Origin: an uncultured Poribacteria bacterium
GTDB taxonomy: Bacteria; Poribacteria; WGA-4E; WGA-3G
Direction of reading: 5' to 3'
DNA: 64,000 bases
Assembly (NCBI GenBank): GCA_958296135.2
Contig: CATQHZ020000002.1
Coordinates: 64,001 to 128,000, forward strand
Under the pieces are notes generated by a model. The model saw only the letters and a program-made list of their open reading frames with translations. It ran no database searches and was not told where the DNA came from. Shown here piece by piece: positions 48,634 to 58,000 of the stretch; positions within the stretch are counted from its first letter, which is position 1; every line of letters begins with the position of its first letter. A program made the translations under genes and the position numbers.

Positions 48634-49012
48634 TTTGACTCTCCTTATCAATAATTTCTTGAGCTTCTAAATATAATTCCCGAATTTCAGGATCTAATTT
48701 ACTAATATCATATCGATCAAGTTTACTAAGAAACATTTCTTCAAAAATATTCGCTAATTCTTTTAAGTTTTTTTCACTAAGATTTATTGCATACTCTTTA
48801 CCAAATCTCATTTCAATGCCAGTCGGAATTTTCGATTTGAAAGCATATAAAAATTGACCGAATTCCCCACGAGAGTCAACATATTCTTGGATTGCATGAT
48901 ACTGAAGAGTGGATGCTGATACGATATTATTTAACCATTCATATACGTCTTTATGTTCATTTTTTAAATAGGATATGTTATCCTTAAATGAATAATCTTT
49001 TAATTGGCGCAT
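48605..49012 (-). CDS. Hypothetical protein
   Basis: Coupled ORF. Confidence 0.55.
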   Translation of the reverse strand: MRQLKDYSFKDNISYLKNEHKDVYEWLNNIVSASTLQYHAIQEYVDSRGEFGQFLYAFKSKIPTGIEMRFGKEYAINLSEKNLKELANIFEEMFLSKLDRYDISKLDPEIRELYLEAQEIIDKESQNDSEQKICS

Positions 49013-49488
49013 TCTTTTTCCTCCAATCTAACAGATTGATAAATATATGTATCATAATATTCCGTCAAATAATCCCTTAGAGATCTAATTGCCGGATGAT
49101 TATTATAGATTTGAGCATAACTCGTTAATAACCAATAACTTTGAAACATATCTTTATCAGCAATTATGGAATCAGTTATCATTTCGCCAATCATACCAGA
49201 ATTATTTACTAAAAACTCATCAGTAATATCAGTATCTTCCATAATGCCAAATAATGCATCCATATAACTAATATGAACATAATCTTCATCTCCAAAATGA
49301 CCCCAATAGAACCCGTCATCATTGAGCGCATAAAAATATGCTATAGCAAATTTTGGATCAAATTCATCATCTAGTGCATATGTCTCTAATGTAATCCGGC
49401 TATCGCTATAGCATTCAAAATTAACTTCTTCAACTGTCGAATCTTCCAACCATCCAACCGCTTCTATTAATAATGCTTCAACTTTCAT
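49000..49488 (-). CDS. Acidic hypothetical protein
   Basis: AAGGAGG SD, after class B copy 8. Confidence 0.6.
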   Translation of the reverse strand: MKVEALLIEAVGWLEDSTVEEVNFECYSDSRITLETYALDDEFDPKFAIAYFYALNDDGFYWGHFGDEDYVHISYMDALFGIMEDTDITDEFLVNNSGMIGEMITDSIIADKDMFQSYWLLTSYAQIYNNHPAIRSLRDYLTEYYDTYIYQSVRLEEKECAN

Positions 49489-49516
49489 TATTTTTGCCTC
49501 CTTAATGGCTTAATAA

Positions 49517-49551
49517 TAAAATATTAAATTTTCAACCCAATTTAAATCCAA
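49517..49551 (-). promoter_or_regulatory. Class B promoter motif, copy 8
   Basis: Consensus match. Confidence 0.8.
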
Positions 49552-49570
49552 TATAAAAATACTTGGAAAA

Positions 49571-49916
49571 TGGAGATGGCGGGAGTCGAACCCGCGTCTG
49601 CAGTATCTATCATAAAAAATATGCTACATGTTTAGTACCAATTTAAGTTTCGCAAGTGCTAGCTTTGATACAGAGCCTACACTGAACTATTCTGCTTAAT
49701 AAGAATTATGGTCACAGAAATCCCATAATAATTTGCACTTCGCTATTGCAATCTTATTTATTGAAGGCTAAATAATAAGATTGTGCTGCTTAAGCAGCCA
49801 GAGCATATTCAAAATTGTCTTCGAATATTAGTTGTTGTCGCCATTTAACGAGACCTGCGACATTCTCGACATGCAATTCTTTATTCAACGATCCACATCG
49901 ATTCCAATTCATCCCC
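49571..49916 (-). ncRNA. ssrA: tmRNA; predicted tag (A)EDNFEYALAA
   Basis: 5' GGGGATG pairs with 3' CATCTCC-A including G3:U70; T-arm GCGGGTTCGACTCCCGC; internal GAAGACAATTTTGAATATGCTCTGGCTGCTTAA; 346 nt. Confidence 0.93.
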
Positions 49917-49924
49917 TTAAAAAA

Positions 49925-49998
49925 TACCGCTGAAGAGATTTGAACTCTTACTGAAAAGTGTTTAAGACTTTTGCCTCTGCCAGTTGGGCTACAGCGGC
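49925..49998 (-). tRNA. tRNA-Leu (TAA), short variable loop
   Basis: GCCGCTG...AAAGT CTTAAAC ACTTT TCAGT AAGAGTTCAAATCTCTT CAGCGGT A. Confidence 0.85.
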
Positions 49999-50003
49999 TT
50001 ATA

Positions 50004-50810
50004 TTATGATCTTTTATTTCGAGGTCCAGAAACTCTAATTTCTATTCCTTCTTCCGTAAGGATCTTTTTTATATGAGTTGAACTACAGTTATATTCTATT
50101 CTTAAAGCGTATACTGATTTTCCATTTAAATACTGATCAATAATTTCTTCTTTCTGTGCTCGAATATCATATCGATAACTAATATTATTTACTCCAATAT
50201 TGCCAGGAATACTATCATCAATTTTAGTTCTTTTATTATCAGTAATATTATTATTACTATCTTTAATTCTTCTAAGCGGTAAATCAATTATATTATTTTC
50301 AAAACAAATCGTTTTAAAAAGATCTGTTTTTATAATTTTATCAATTGTAGAAATAGAACTATTTAAGTAATTAGCAATATCTTTTTTATGAATTTCATAT
50401 CCTTCTTTTTTAGATTTAATATAATATTTAGCAATTTCTTTAACCCGCTCTCCCAAAAACGACAATCCTATCTGATTTATATCAAATTCTATTCTTTCTT
50501 CATCTGTTGTTTCAACTGGTATTTTTTCAGTTAAGCTCCGATAAATTAATTGATCGTCAATACCCAACTTAGGTTTTAAAGCATCTTTTAAAGCCTTTTC
50601 TAAATTATCAATATCGTACCCATTATTTAATTTACTTTTTAAAATATAGAAGTTAGCAATTAATCCAAACTTATAACATTTATCTAAATTAAAATCTGGA
50701 ACTTGTTTTCTAATGTCATCGTAATATTTGTTCCTATCATACATTTTATCCGAATTGCAATTTACCCTTAAAGTATAATAACTTCTTGGGATAATCTTAA
50801 CAATATACAT
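50004..50810 (-). CDS. rusA: RusA-like Holliday junction resolvase with C-terminal HTH extension
   Basis: DIDNLEKALKDAL...IDDQLI catalytic pattern; two HTH-like segments downstream. Confidence 0.65.
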   Translation of the reverse strand: MYIVKIIPRSYYTLRVNCNSDKMYDRNKYYDDIRKQVPDFNLDKCYKFGLIANFYILKSKLNNGYDIDNLEKALKDALKPKLGIDDQLIYRSLTEKIPVETTDEERIEFDINQIGLSFLGERVKEIAKYYIKSKKEGYEIHKKDIANYLNSSISTIDKIIKTDLFKTICFENNIIDLPLRRIKDSNNNITDNKRTKIDDSIPGNIGVNNISYRYDIRAQKEEIIDQYLNGKSVYALRIEYNCSSTHIKKILTEEGIEIRVSGPRNKRS

Positions 50811-50824
50811 ATTTACCTCCAAAA

Positions 50825-50898
50825 AGTCCCTAGCAGGACTCGAACCTGCAACTTCCGGATTAGAAATCCAGTGCTCTGTCCAATTGAGCTATAGGAAC
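50825..50898 (-). tRNA. tRNA-Arg (TCT)
   Basis: GTTCCTATAGCTCAATTGGACAGAGCA CTGGA TTTCTAA TCCGG ... GCAGGTTCGAGTCCTGC TAGGGAC. Confidence 0.93.
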
Positions 50899-50901
50899 AC
50901 G

Positions 50902-51060
50902 CGATAAAGGAAGCAAGGAGGTTAAAAAAATCTTCCTTTATCGATACCGGATCGATGGTCCTTGTAGTTGGGGTAACCAAGAAAAACCAACTAATAGACT
51001 GATCCTTCCTATAAAGACCTTGAATAGAACTTTTAATTCAATTCCCATTATTTAAACTGT
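50902..51060 (-). ncRNA. Candidate structured ncRNA in the leader of tRNA-Arg
   Basis: Perfect 12-bp stem 50902-50913/50932-50943 and a second long hairpin 50949-51005; downstream of a class B promoter motif. Confidence 0.4.
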
Positions 51061-51077
51061 CCTATCCTTTATATTAT

Positions 51078-51112
51078 TAAAATATTAAATTTTCAACCCC
51101 TTTTAAATCCAA
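51078..51112 (-). promoter_or_regulatory. Class B promoter motif, copy 9
   Basis: Consensus match upstream of the RNA gene cluster. Confidence 0.8.
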
Positions 51113-51142
51113 GAAATTTTTATTTGAAAATTATTTTTTCAA

Positions 51143-51958
51143 TCAAATTAATACTACTTGACGATTTGGATCTATGTTATTTAGTCTGTTATTGCTTAAC
51201 TCAACAAAATTATTATTAATCTCAAAGGATATAAAATTTCTATTGGTGCGCTTACATACCGCCGCACATGTTCCTACCCCAGAAAATGGATCAAGAACCA
51301 AATCGTCTTCTAAAGAGCTAGCTAATATTAATCGTTCAAATAATTTTTCCGGTTTCTGAATCGTATTTAATGCGTCTCGAGAAACGAGTTCTTTTGAATT
51401 ATATGTAAGCTGTTTAATATCCCCCCAAACATCTCCTGGGTTCTTTCCATCTTTATTAAATTTAGTTTTGCTATATTTACCACCTATTACAGACGGAACC
51501 TGTTCACAGCGAATACGATGAGATAATTCCACTAGTTGTGGTACCCGAATATCATCCAGGTTATAACATCGAGGACGCTTTCCTTTAATAAAATAACAAA
51601 TGATATCATAATTATTTGTATAATTAATTTTCCCTTGTGACAATCTACTCGGTTGATACCAAACGATTTTTGATTTTAATGTTAGAAATTTTCTATAATC
51701 AATAAAATCAATACAATCCGGTTTTCCAAATAAATATAGAGATCCACCTTCTTTTAATTTTTCAGCAAATAACTCAATAAGATTTAAATTAAATTCTTGA
51801 ATTAATTCTATTTTGTCCCAGTCATAATTTGTTATACCATAAGGACCATCACATATAATTAAATCTACGGATTCATTATCTACTGATTTAATTAGTTCAA
51901 ACATATCTCCACAATAAATATTATTTAATTTTATCATAATTTCTTTTTTATTGGTCAC
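51143..51958 (-). CDS. Beta-class N6/N4 DNA methyltransferase
   Basis: VDLIICDGPY, NPGDVW, QKPEKL, VLDPFSGVGT; C-terminal QVVLI. Confidence 0.88.
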   Translation of the reverse strand: MTNKKEIMIKLNNIYCGDMFELIKSVDNESVDLIICDGPYGITNYDWDKIELIQEFNLNLIELFAEKLKEGGSLYLFGKPDCIDFIDYRKFLTLKSKIVWYQPSRLSQGKINYTNNYDIICYFIKGKRPRCYNLDDIRVPQLVELSHRIRCEQVPSVIGGKYSKTKFNKDGKNPGDVWGDIKQLTYNSKELVSRDALNTIQKPEKLFERLILASSLEDDLVLDPFSGVGTCAAVCKRTNRNFISFEINNNFVELSNNRLNNIDPNRQVVLI

Positions 51959-52011
51959 AAAAATAGGATGTTATTTTTTAGTAATAAATTTGGCTCCCGT
52001 TCGCTTAATAA

Positions 52012-52046
52012 TAAAATATTAAATTTTCAACCCCTTTTAAATCCAA
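52012..52046 (-). promoter_or_regulatory. Class B promoter motif, copy 10
   Basis: Consensus match. Confidence 0.8.
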
Positions 52047-52109
52047 ATTGGAGAAAAATGCTTGAAAAAATGGAGAAAAAATGACATATTTAGCTCTCAA
52101 GAGTCCTGC

Positions 52110-52730
52110 GAAGCCCTCGAGCGCAAAGGTTGTGCAAGTTCGAAGCAAGTTGTGGTGCAAGTTGCAGCCCTCGACCGCACAAGTTGTGCAAGTTTACCTA
52201 TAAATCCCTTACTAATTTGTTAAAGGGTTTTTATATAATTTCTTATGCTCTCGAGCACCATTCACGGAACAAAGCCCTCGCACTCTTGACTCTGTGACCA
52301 GAAAAAGCGGAATTTGGGTATACTTTGAAGTATCACTTTTTGACGATTTTGGAGTGGAGAAAGCCCTCATCCTTCCGGCAAATAATTGCCGGTATGCTCG
52401 CGGACAGCAATCAAGTTCCCAAACCCCAGCCGCTGGGGATATAGGAAAAACCACGAAAACTTGCACTACTTGTGCGGCTGAGGGCTGCAACTTGCACCAC
52501 AACTTGCTCCTGACTTAGCGGACTTGTGCGGTCGAGGGCTGCAACTTGATTTTGGAGTAAATAAAAAATTAACCTTGTTCTCCTTGTGATCATTAGATCG
52601 GGATATCGGGGTCTAAAAATGTCGCCCAAATGGGTCTATTTACCGCCCAGAGGGGTTTATATGGTGCCCAAATCTAAATTGAGACATATGGTAGTGGAGC
52701 GGTAATTTGACCTGTCTTAAATCGCCGATT
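52110..52730. repeat. Origin-like element copy 2 with a 51-bp inverted repeat
   Basis: 52145-52195 is the reverse complement of 52457-52507 at 48/51; shares several blocks with 6050-6492. Confidence 0.75.
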
Positions 52731-55081
52731 TAGGAAATTGACCTTAATTGGAGTTCCGTTAAATATGGTTTAGTTTGATGAGTAACTTTAAGAACTTGAA
52801 ATACTTGATCGTCAATAAGTGAGTTCTGTTTTTCTCGAAGCAATATAAATTGACCAACCTTAATATAGAAACTTGGCTTTAATTGTAAATTAATAATATA
52901 TCTGATTTTACCATAGAAGTCTCTATATTTTTCCGCTAACCAGAATACCCATTCTGAATCGTGATGATCAAGATCAACAGTTAAATCTAGTTTGCGCGGT
53001 TTATTATTTTGAATGCTAGTTTCATCTCTTATGACTTCTTCGTTTTCCGAAACACCACTTCCATATTTAATTGTAATAATATTGTATAATTGCTGTAAAT
53101 CTTGCTTCATATTAAGAGTATTGATTGGGCGTTCAGAATATGAAACTTCTTCCATATCGATTATATGATCAATAAATTCCATTCGTGCCATATTACATAG
53201 CTCATCCGCTTCTGTTCCTGATTGCGCTCGCTGAACTCCTGTCAGTTGATTATTATCGTCGTTTCTTCCAGTATAACTAAAGATTTCCCAGTCGTTGGTT
53301 TGACCTGCTATCCTTACAAATCCTTCGGTAGGAACAATCATATTAGGATTAGTATATGCAAGACTAGTAACGGTCGCGCCAGGAGCGATATTAGATGTTA
53401 ATGCCGCTATTGGTTGAAATTTTGGTCGAAAAATAAATTGGATGCCATCGAATCCAATGTATGAAAAACAAAGGCGAGCCATCTCTTGAATTACTTCGTA
53501 TCCAGTTTTACCATTTGTTAAAGTAACTGGGTTGCGAAATCCAAACCGATCACCAAATTCTAGCAGTGTCCAATTATCAATTCGAGTTTCTGGTGCGTCT
53601 AAACCTTCTCGGTTTTCGGTGCTTTCCCAATCTGTAGATTTAATCGATCTAATGGCTCCATACCCAGAATGCAAATATAAACTATTTCCTACTGTGACCA
53701 TAGGAGAACTCATTTGGATATGCTGACTATATGTAATATTATCAGTCCGATCAACTGCATTTGGATTAAATAAACGTGATCGCCATGGAACTCCATGTGA
53801 TATTGGCGATGTTCCAGTCAACGGAATAGATTGTAAGGTTCCAGATCCAGTTCTTACTTCGCTTTCCTCTCTATGATAACTTCCTTGAAAATAATATAGC
53901 TGTCCATTTAATTCGGTTAAGGATCTTGGCGAGTCATCCATTGATTCATAGCGATTTAATATGGTTGCCGTAGCACTAGGTTGATTTGGTATTCTAAATA
54001 AGATTGCTCTTGATATTCTTCCCTGATCTAGTAAGTTTGATTGAGTTCTATTTTGAATTTGAACTGTTCCGTAAAAGTTATTACCAATTAATTTTAAATC
54101 TGAAACTCCTTTAAAAGCTCCGCCAGTAGTTCCTAGCATTGGATCGATAGCTGAATTAAAATCTTGTTCTCCACTATCGTAAATAACGGCAGGAGTTCCA
54201 CTTGGAACGGTCCCAGTAGGTGATCCAGTCGGTAATGTGGTATCAAATAAAAATGATTCCGTAATATCTTCAGATGGTCCAGTTTCACCACTAATACTTG
54301 TCTCGCTATCTTGTTTAACTCGAATAGTGCATTCTCCACTTCCAGTTAAATTAATTGGCAATTGCATTGTATTAGTAGTATGAGTAAATGTCATAACATC
54401 AAATGTTACTCCAGTTCCTGTTATTTTAATATCGTCATCATCATCTGGACCAATAGTTCGATCTTGCCTTTCTTTTATTTCAGAATTCCAAACAAAACCA
54501 ATATCAGTGCTTGATCCAGTAAAAATAGGAGCTGTCGGAACAATAATGTCAACTCTTGGTTTTGCAGTAGTTGCTAATGTACCTGCCAATGTGCTATATC
54601 CAAATGATGCTGTTACTGATTCTGGAGGACCATATACAGCTGCACTATCAACTCCAATAACTGGAATAGTTGATGCTGAATTAGAAAATACGGTTACCCA
54701 TACAGTCCCAGCTGAATTTGGATTTAAAGTCATTCTTAGATTATATTCGCCCGATGTTGCTTCTTGCAGTTCTCCAATTATTATTCTGCCACTATTTGCA
54801 GTTCCTAATCGAATCCTATCCGCAATACCTGTATCGTCTTCAACTTGAATTTGGATGTCACCAATAGAAAATCCTTGAACATTTATTGGGCTTCCCGAAC
54901 GTGTCCAATCAAAATTAATAAATACCTCTAAACCCGATCCAGGATTTTCAAAAGGTGGATCGGGGTTTGTTAGACTGCATCTTTCAAATGAAATACTAAC
55001 ATTAGGAGCATTTACTGTTCCTGCAATCGCTGCGGTCGGCCCCTCTAAACTGGCGACAAATGTAAAATTGCTTGCTGGCAT
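52730..55081 (-). CDS. Probable virion tail/baseplate-hub protein with N-terminal Ig-like domains
   Basis: C-terminal YNIITIKYG...DETSIQ...LKPSFYIKVGQFI...FQVLKV tail-protein-like pattern; ends a run of large beta-rich genes. Confidence 0.6.
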   Translation of the reverse strand: MPASNFTFVASLEGPTAAIAGTVNAPNVSISFERCSLTNPDPPFENPGSGLEVFINFDWTRSGSPINVQGFSIGDIQIQVEDDTGIADRIRLGTANSGRIIIGELQEATSGEYNLRMTLNPNSAGTVWVTVFSNSASTIPVIGVDSAAVYGPPESVTASFGYSTLAGTLATTAKPRVDIIVPTAPIFTGSSTDIGFVWNSEIKERQDRTIGPDDDDDIKITGTGVTFDVMTFTHTTNTMQLPINLTGSGECTIRVKQDSETSISGETGPSEDITESFLFDTTLPTGSPTGTVPSGTPAVIYDSGEQDFNSAIDPMLGTTGGAFKGVSDLKLIGNNFYGTVQIQNRTQSNLLDQGRISRAILFRIPNQPSATATILNRYESMDDSPRSLTELNGQLYYFQGSYHREESEVRTGSGTLQSIPLTGTSPISHGVPWRSRLFNPNAVDRTDNITYSQHIQMSSPMVTVGNSLYLHSGYGAIRSIKSTDWESTENREGLDAPETRIDNWTLLEFGDRFGFRNPVTLTNGKTGYEVIQEMARLCFSYIGFDGIQFIFRPKFQPIAALTSNIAPGATVTSLAYTNPNMIVPTEGFVRIAGQTNDWEIFSYTGRNDDNNQLTGVQRAQSGTEADELCNMARMEFIDHIIDMEEVSYSERPINTLNMKQDLQQLYNIITIKYGSGVSENEEVIRDETSIQNNKPRKLDLTVDLDHHDSEWVFWLAEKYRDFYGKIRYIINLQLKPSFYIKVGQFILLREKQNSLIDDQVFQVLKVTHQTKPYLTELQLRSIS

Positions 55082-55090
55082 AATTGTCTC

Positions 55091-58000
55091 CTAATCGTTA
55101 TTGACTGCCATATCTCGTAAATAAATATCTAGTTTGCCTACTGGAACCGCATCCGGAAACGTAAATATTAATTTATAGTATTTCGCTCGAGTTACCCCAG
55201 CTACTAAATCTTGATCCCGATCGGCTGCCGGTAAAGAAATGTCTGGATCTTGAGTAACCCCATATTTAATATTTGAATTACCAAATACTGGAAGTGGATC
55301 CATTCCTTCTAAAAGAAAATCCCCAAAACTTAAACCTTGGACTTCAGTATTGAAATCTATAAGAACTTCATTTTCTGCACCATTGCCAACCAATACGTCA
55401 GGACGTTCAATATTAATTATTTGTGGAATCGTTTCCGTATTGTAAAATATTGTTCCTAAATATTGTTGGAATTCTGGTCCGATCTGATTATCATTTCCTA
55501 ATACGTTAAAGCTTCTCTGTCTTAATGATAACTGAATAGCACCCTCATTTCCTTGTGGGATTGGTATAGTCACAGTATAAGACGATCTGCCCGATAAAGT
55601 GTCAGTATTATTGACTGGGATACTTATACTAATTAGTTCTGATTCTGGAGAATTATTTACAGATGAACCATCACTTTTAACGGAATTGGCTTTTAATCTG
55701 AATTTAAAGAACCCATTCTTTGGTAATGCTGACGTTGCCATAACAGTGACGTTTCCACCGCTAACTACTGAACTTCCGCTTATCGTAATTGTAAAATCAG
55801 AATCGACTGTGTTTAGTGCGTTTAGAACTTCTATATCAGTATCTTCAATTTCTTCTACTGGAGCCCCAGTAAATGTTAATGTTCCGCTTAATGATCTACC
55901 ACCAACAATATTTGACCATGTAGGAATCGCAATGATTAAATCGGCGATCGTATTATTGACAGTTGCTGAATCAGCACTGGTAATATCTGTTGCCGGAGCA
56001 TTATTACTACCGCCATCACTATCAACGCTTAATTCGTTTATTCTTAAGAAATAATCAATACCCGCGATCTGATTTACCGGAGTAGCAATTACAGATACGA
56101 ATCCGCCATCTGTTGCAGTGTCAGAACTAACACTTATAGTCCAATCTGGATCCACTATATTTCCAGTTGTTATTACTGAAAAATCTGATCCAGTTATTCC
56201 AGCAACTGAAGCTCCATTAAAAATACATCTTCCGCTTAATGTTCTCCCACCAGTTATATTTGACCAAGAAGCCGTAGCCACAATTGGAACGTTTCCTATT
56301 GTGAAAGCTAGTGACGGAACATCTGCTTCTGGTTTATTTGTACCAAATGCGTCTTCTTTAAGAACTAATCTATATGTTCCAGCAGCCACTAAATTAGTTG
56401 GCGATGCCTTAATAGTCCTAATAGTGCCAGTACCTGTACTCGTAATTGGCCAGTCCACAGCAGATTGGGTTGTATAAACATAATTTGGTGAACTTCCCGA
56501 TCTAAGTTGAACTTCAAAATCATCTGTAGCACTAAACGCCGCGCCAGGATCTTCTGATATTGTCAATATAAGACTTACTGATCGATCGCCCGCTGGAGTA
56601 GCTGGAGTAGCAGGCCAGTATGCGTATGGAACAGTATTATAATTAACGGTTCCGGAAGTTTCTATCGCTGTTGGACCACCCTTATATGTCGTAGATCCAT
56701 CAACAGCATTTCTTTGTAGTGCAATACTATAAGTCCCACTTAATCTAGCGGGATTAGTTACCGTAATTTGAAATATTCTAGAGTTAATAGCTGTTGATGA
56801 TGCTATTAATGTAATACTTGTATTTGATGGAATATTAAAATCTGATGCCGTAATTTGAGTAACTGGGATCGCTACATTAAAAGTCAAAGTAAATACGCTA
56901 GTCGCACCAGTTTGAATTCCTGTCGGAGCCGTAAATGTACTTACTGTTAATTGAGGTCTATTATCAACTAAAGTTGTCGAACTAGTTTCGGCTGTTGCTG
57001 GAGTATTATTAGCATTAGATCCGTCTGATCTAACCGATGTAGCATTTAATCTTAGCGCATATTGAGCGTTTTGATTTGCTGGAGGAGTAGCGGCAATCGT
57101 TATCCCAGTACCAGAAGTTGCCGTAGAACTTGGAGTATCAAACATCCAACCGCTTTGAACCGTACCAGACGAATTAACTACCGCAAAATCAGTTTGTTCT
57201 ATATTGGTTATTTGAGCAGTTACTCCACTTGGATTTCTAAATGTTAATGTTCCCTGTAATTTACCGCCAGTAAAAGTTACCCCAGTCCATCCTGCTGTGG
57301 CTATATGGTGAGTAACATTATATGTGGTAGGGCTTGGAGTTGCTGTATAAGCCGCCGTTGGACCTGATCTGTAGACAGTTGTACTAGTTCCAGAAATAGC
57401 ATTAGCTTTTAATGCTAACGTATATGAACCCGATATTCCGCTTGGTAAACTAACGACTACGCTATAAGTTGTTTGGCTTCCACTCGTCGGAGTTATCGAA
57501 CTAATCGTTATCGCACCTCTTGCGGAACCAGTAAGACGACTATCGGTCAAAGTAAAATCAGAACTCGTTAACTGGGTTGCTGGAACATTTTGAGATAAAA
57601 CTAACATATAAGTCCTAGTTCGATCAGCATCTGTTCCTGTTGGGCGACTAAATGAAGTAACATTGACTGATGGTCTGGTATCATAAGCGACCTGCGTTGA
57701 AGTAGAGGTCGATGCTGGACCACGCTGATGCGTAGTAGAAGCATTAACAGCATTAGCATTTAATGCGATCCTATAAGATCCTTGAGTATTTGTCGGATTA
57801 TTGACTACTACATCAAATATAGTTGCAGTGGTTGCCGCCCCTCTTCCAGTTACTGATGCTATTGATGCACCAGTTTCAGGGGCAAAATCGTTATTTTCTA
57901 CCTGAGTCTTTAAAACTGCAGTGCTAAACGTTAATACGAATGTACTAGTAGAACCAGATTGCGTTCCCGTTGGTGCGTTAAACGAATCTACCGTTAATGC

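Noticed and set aside
600-52000. Recurrent intergenic GGGAGC/GCTCCC hexamer as a separate regulatory motif
   Set aside because: Many instances are simply SD sequences or arms of hairpins already listed
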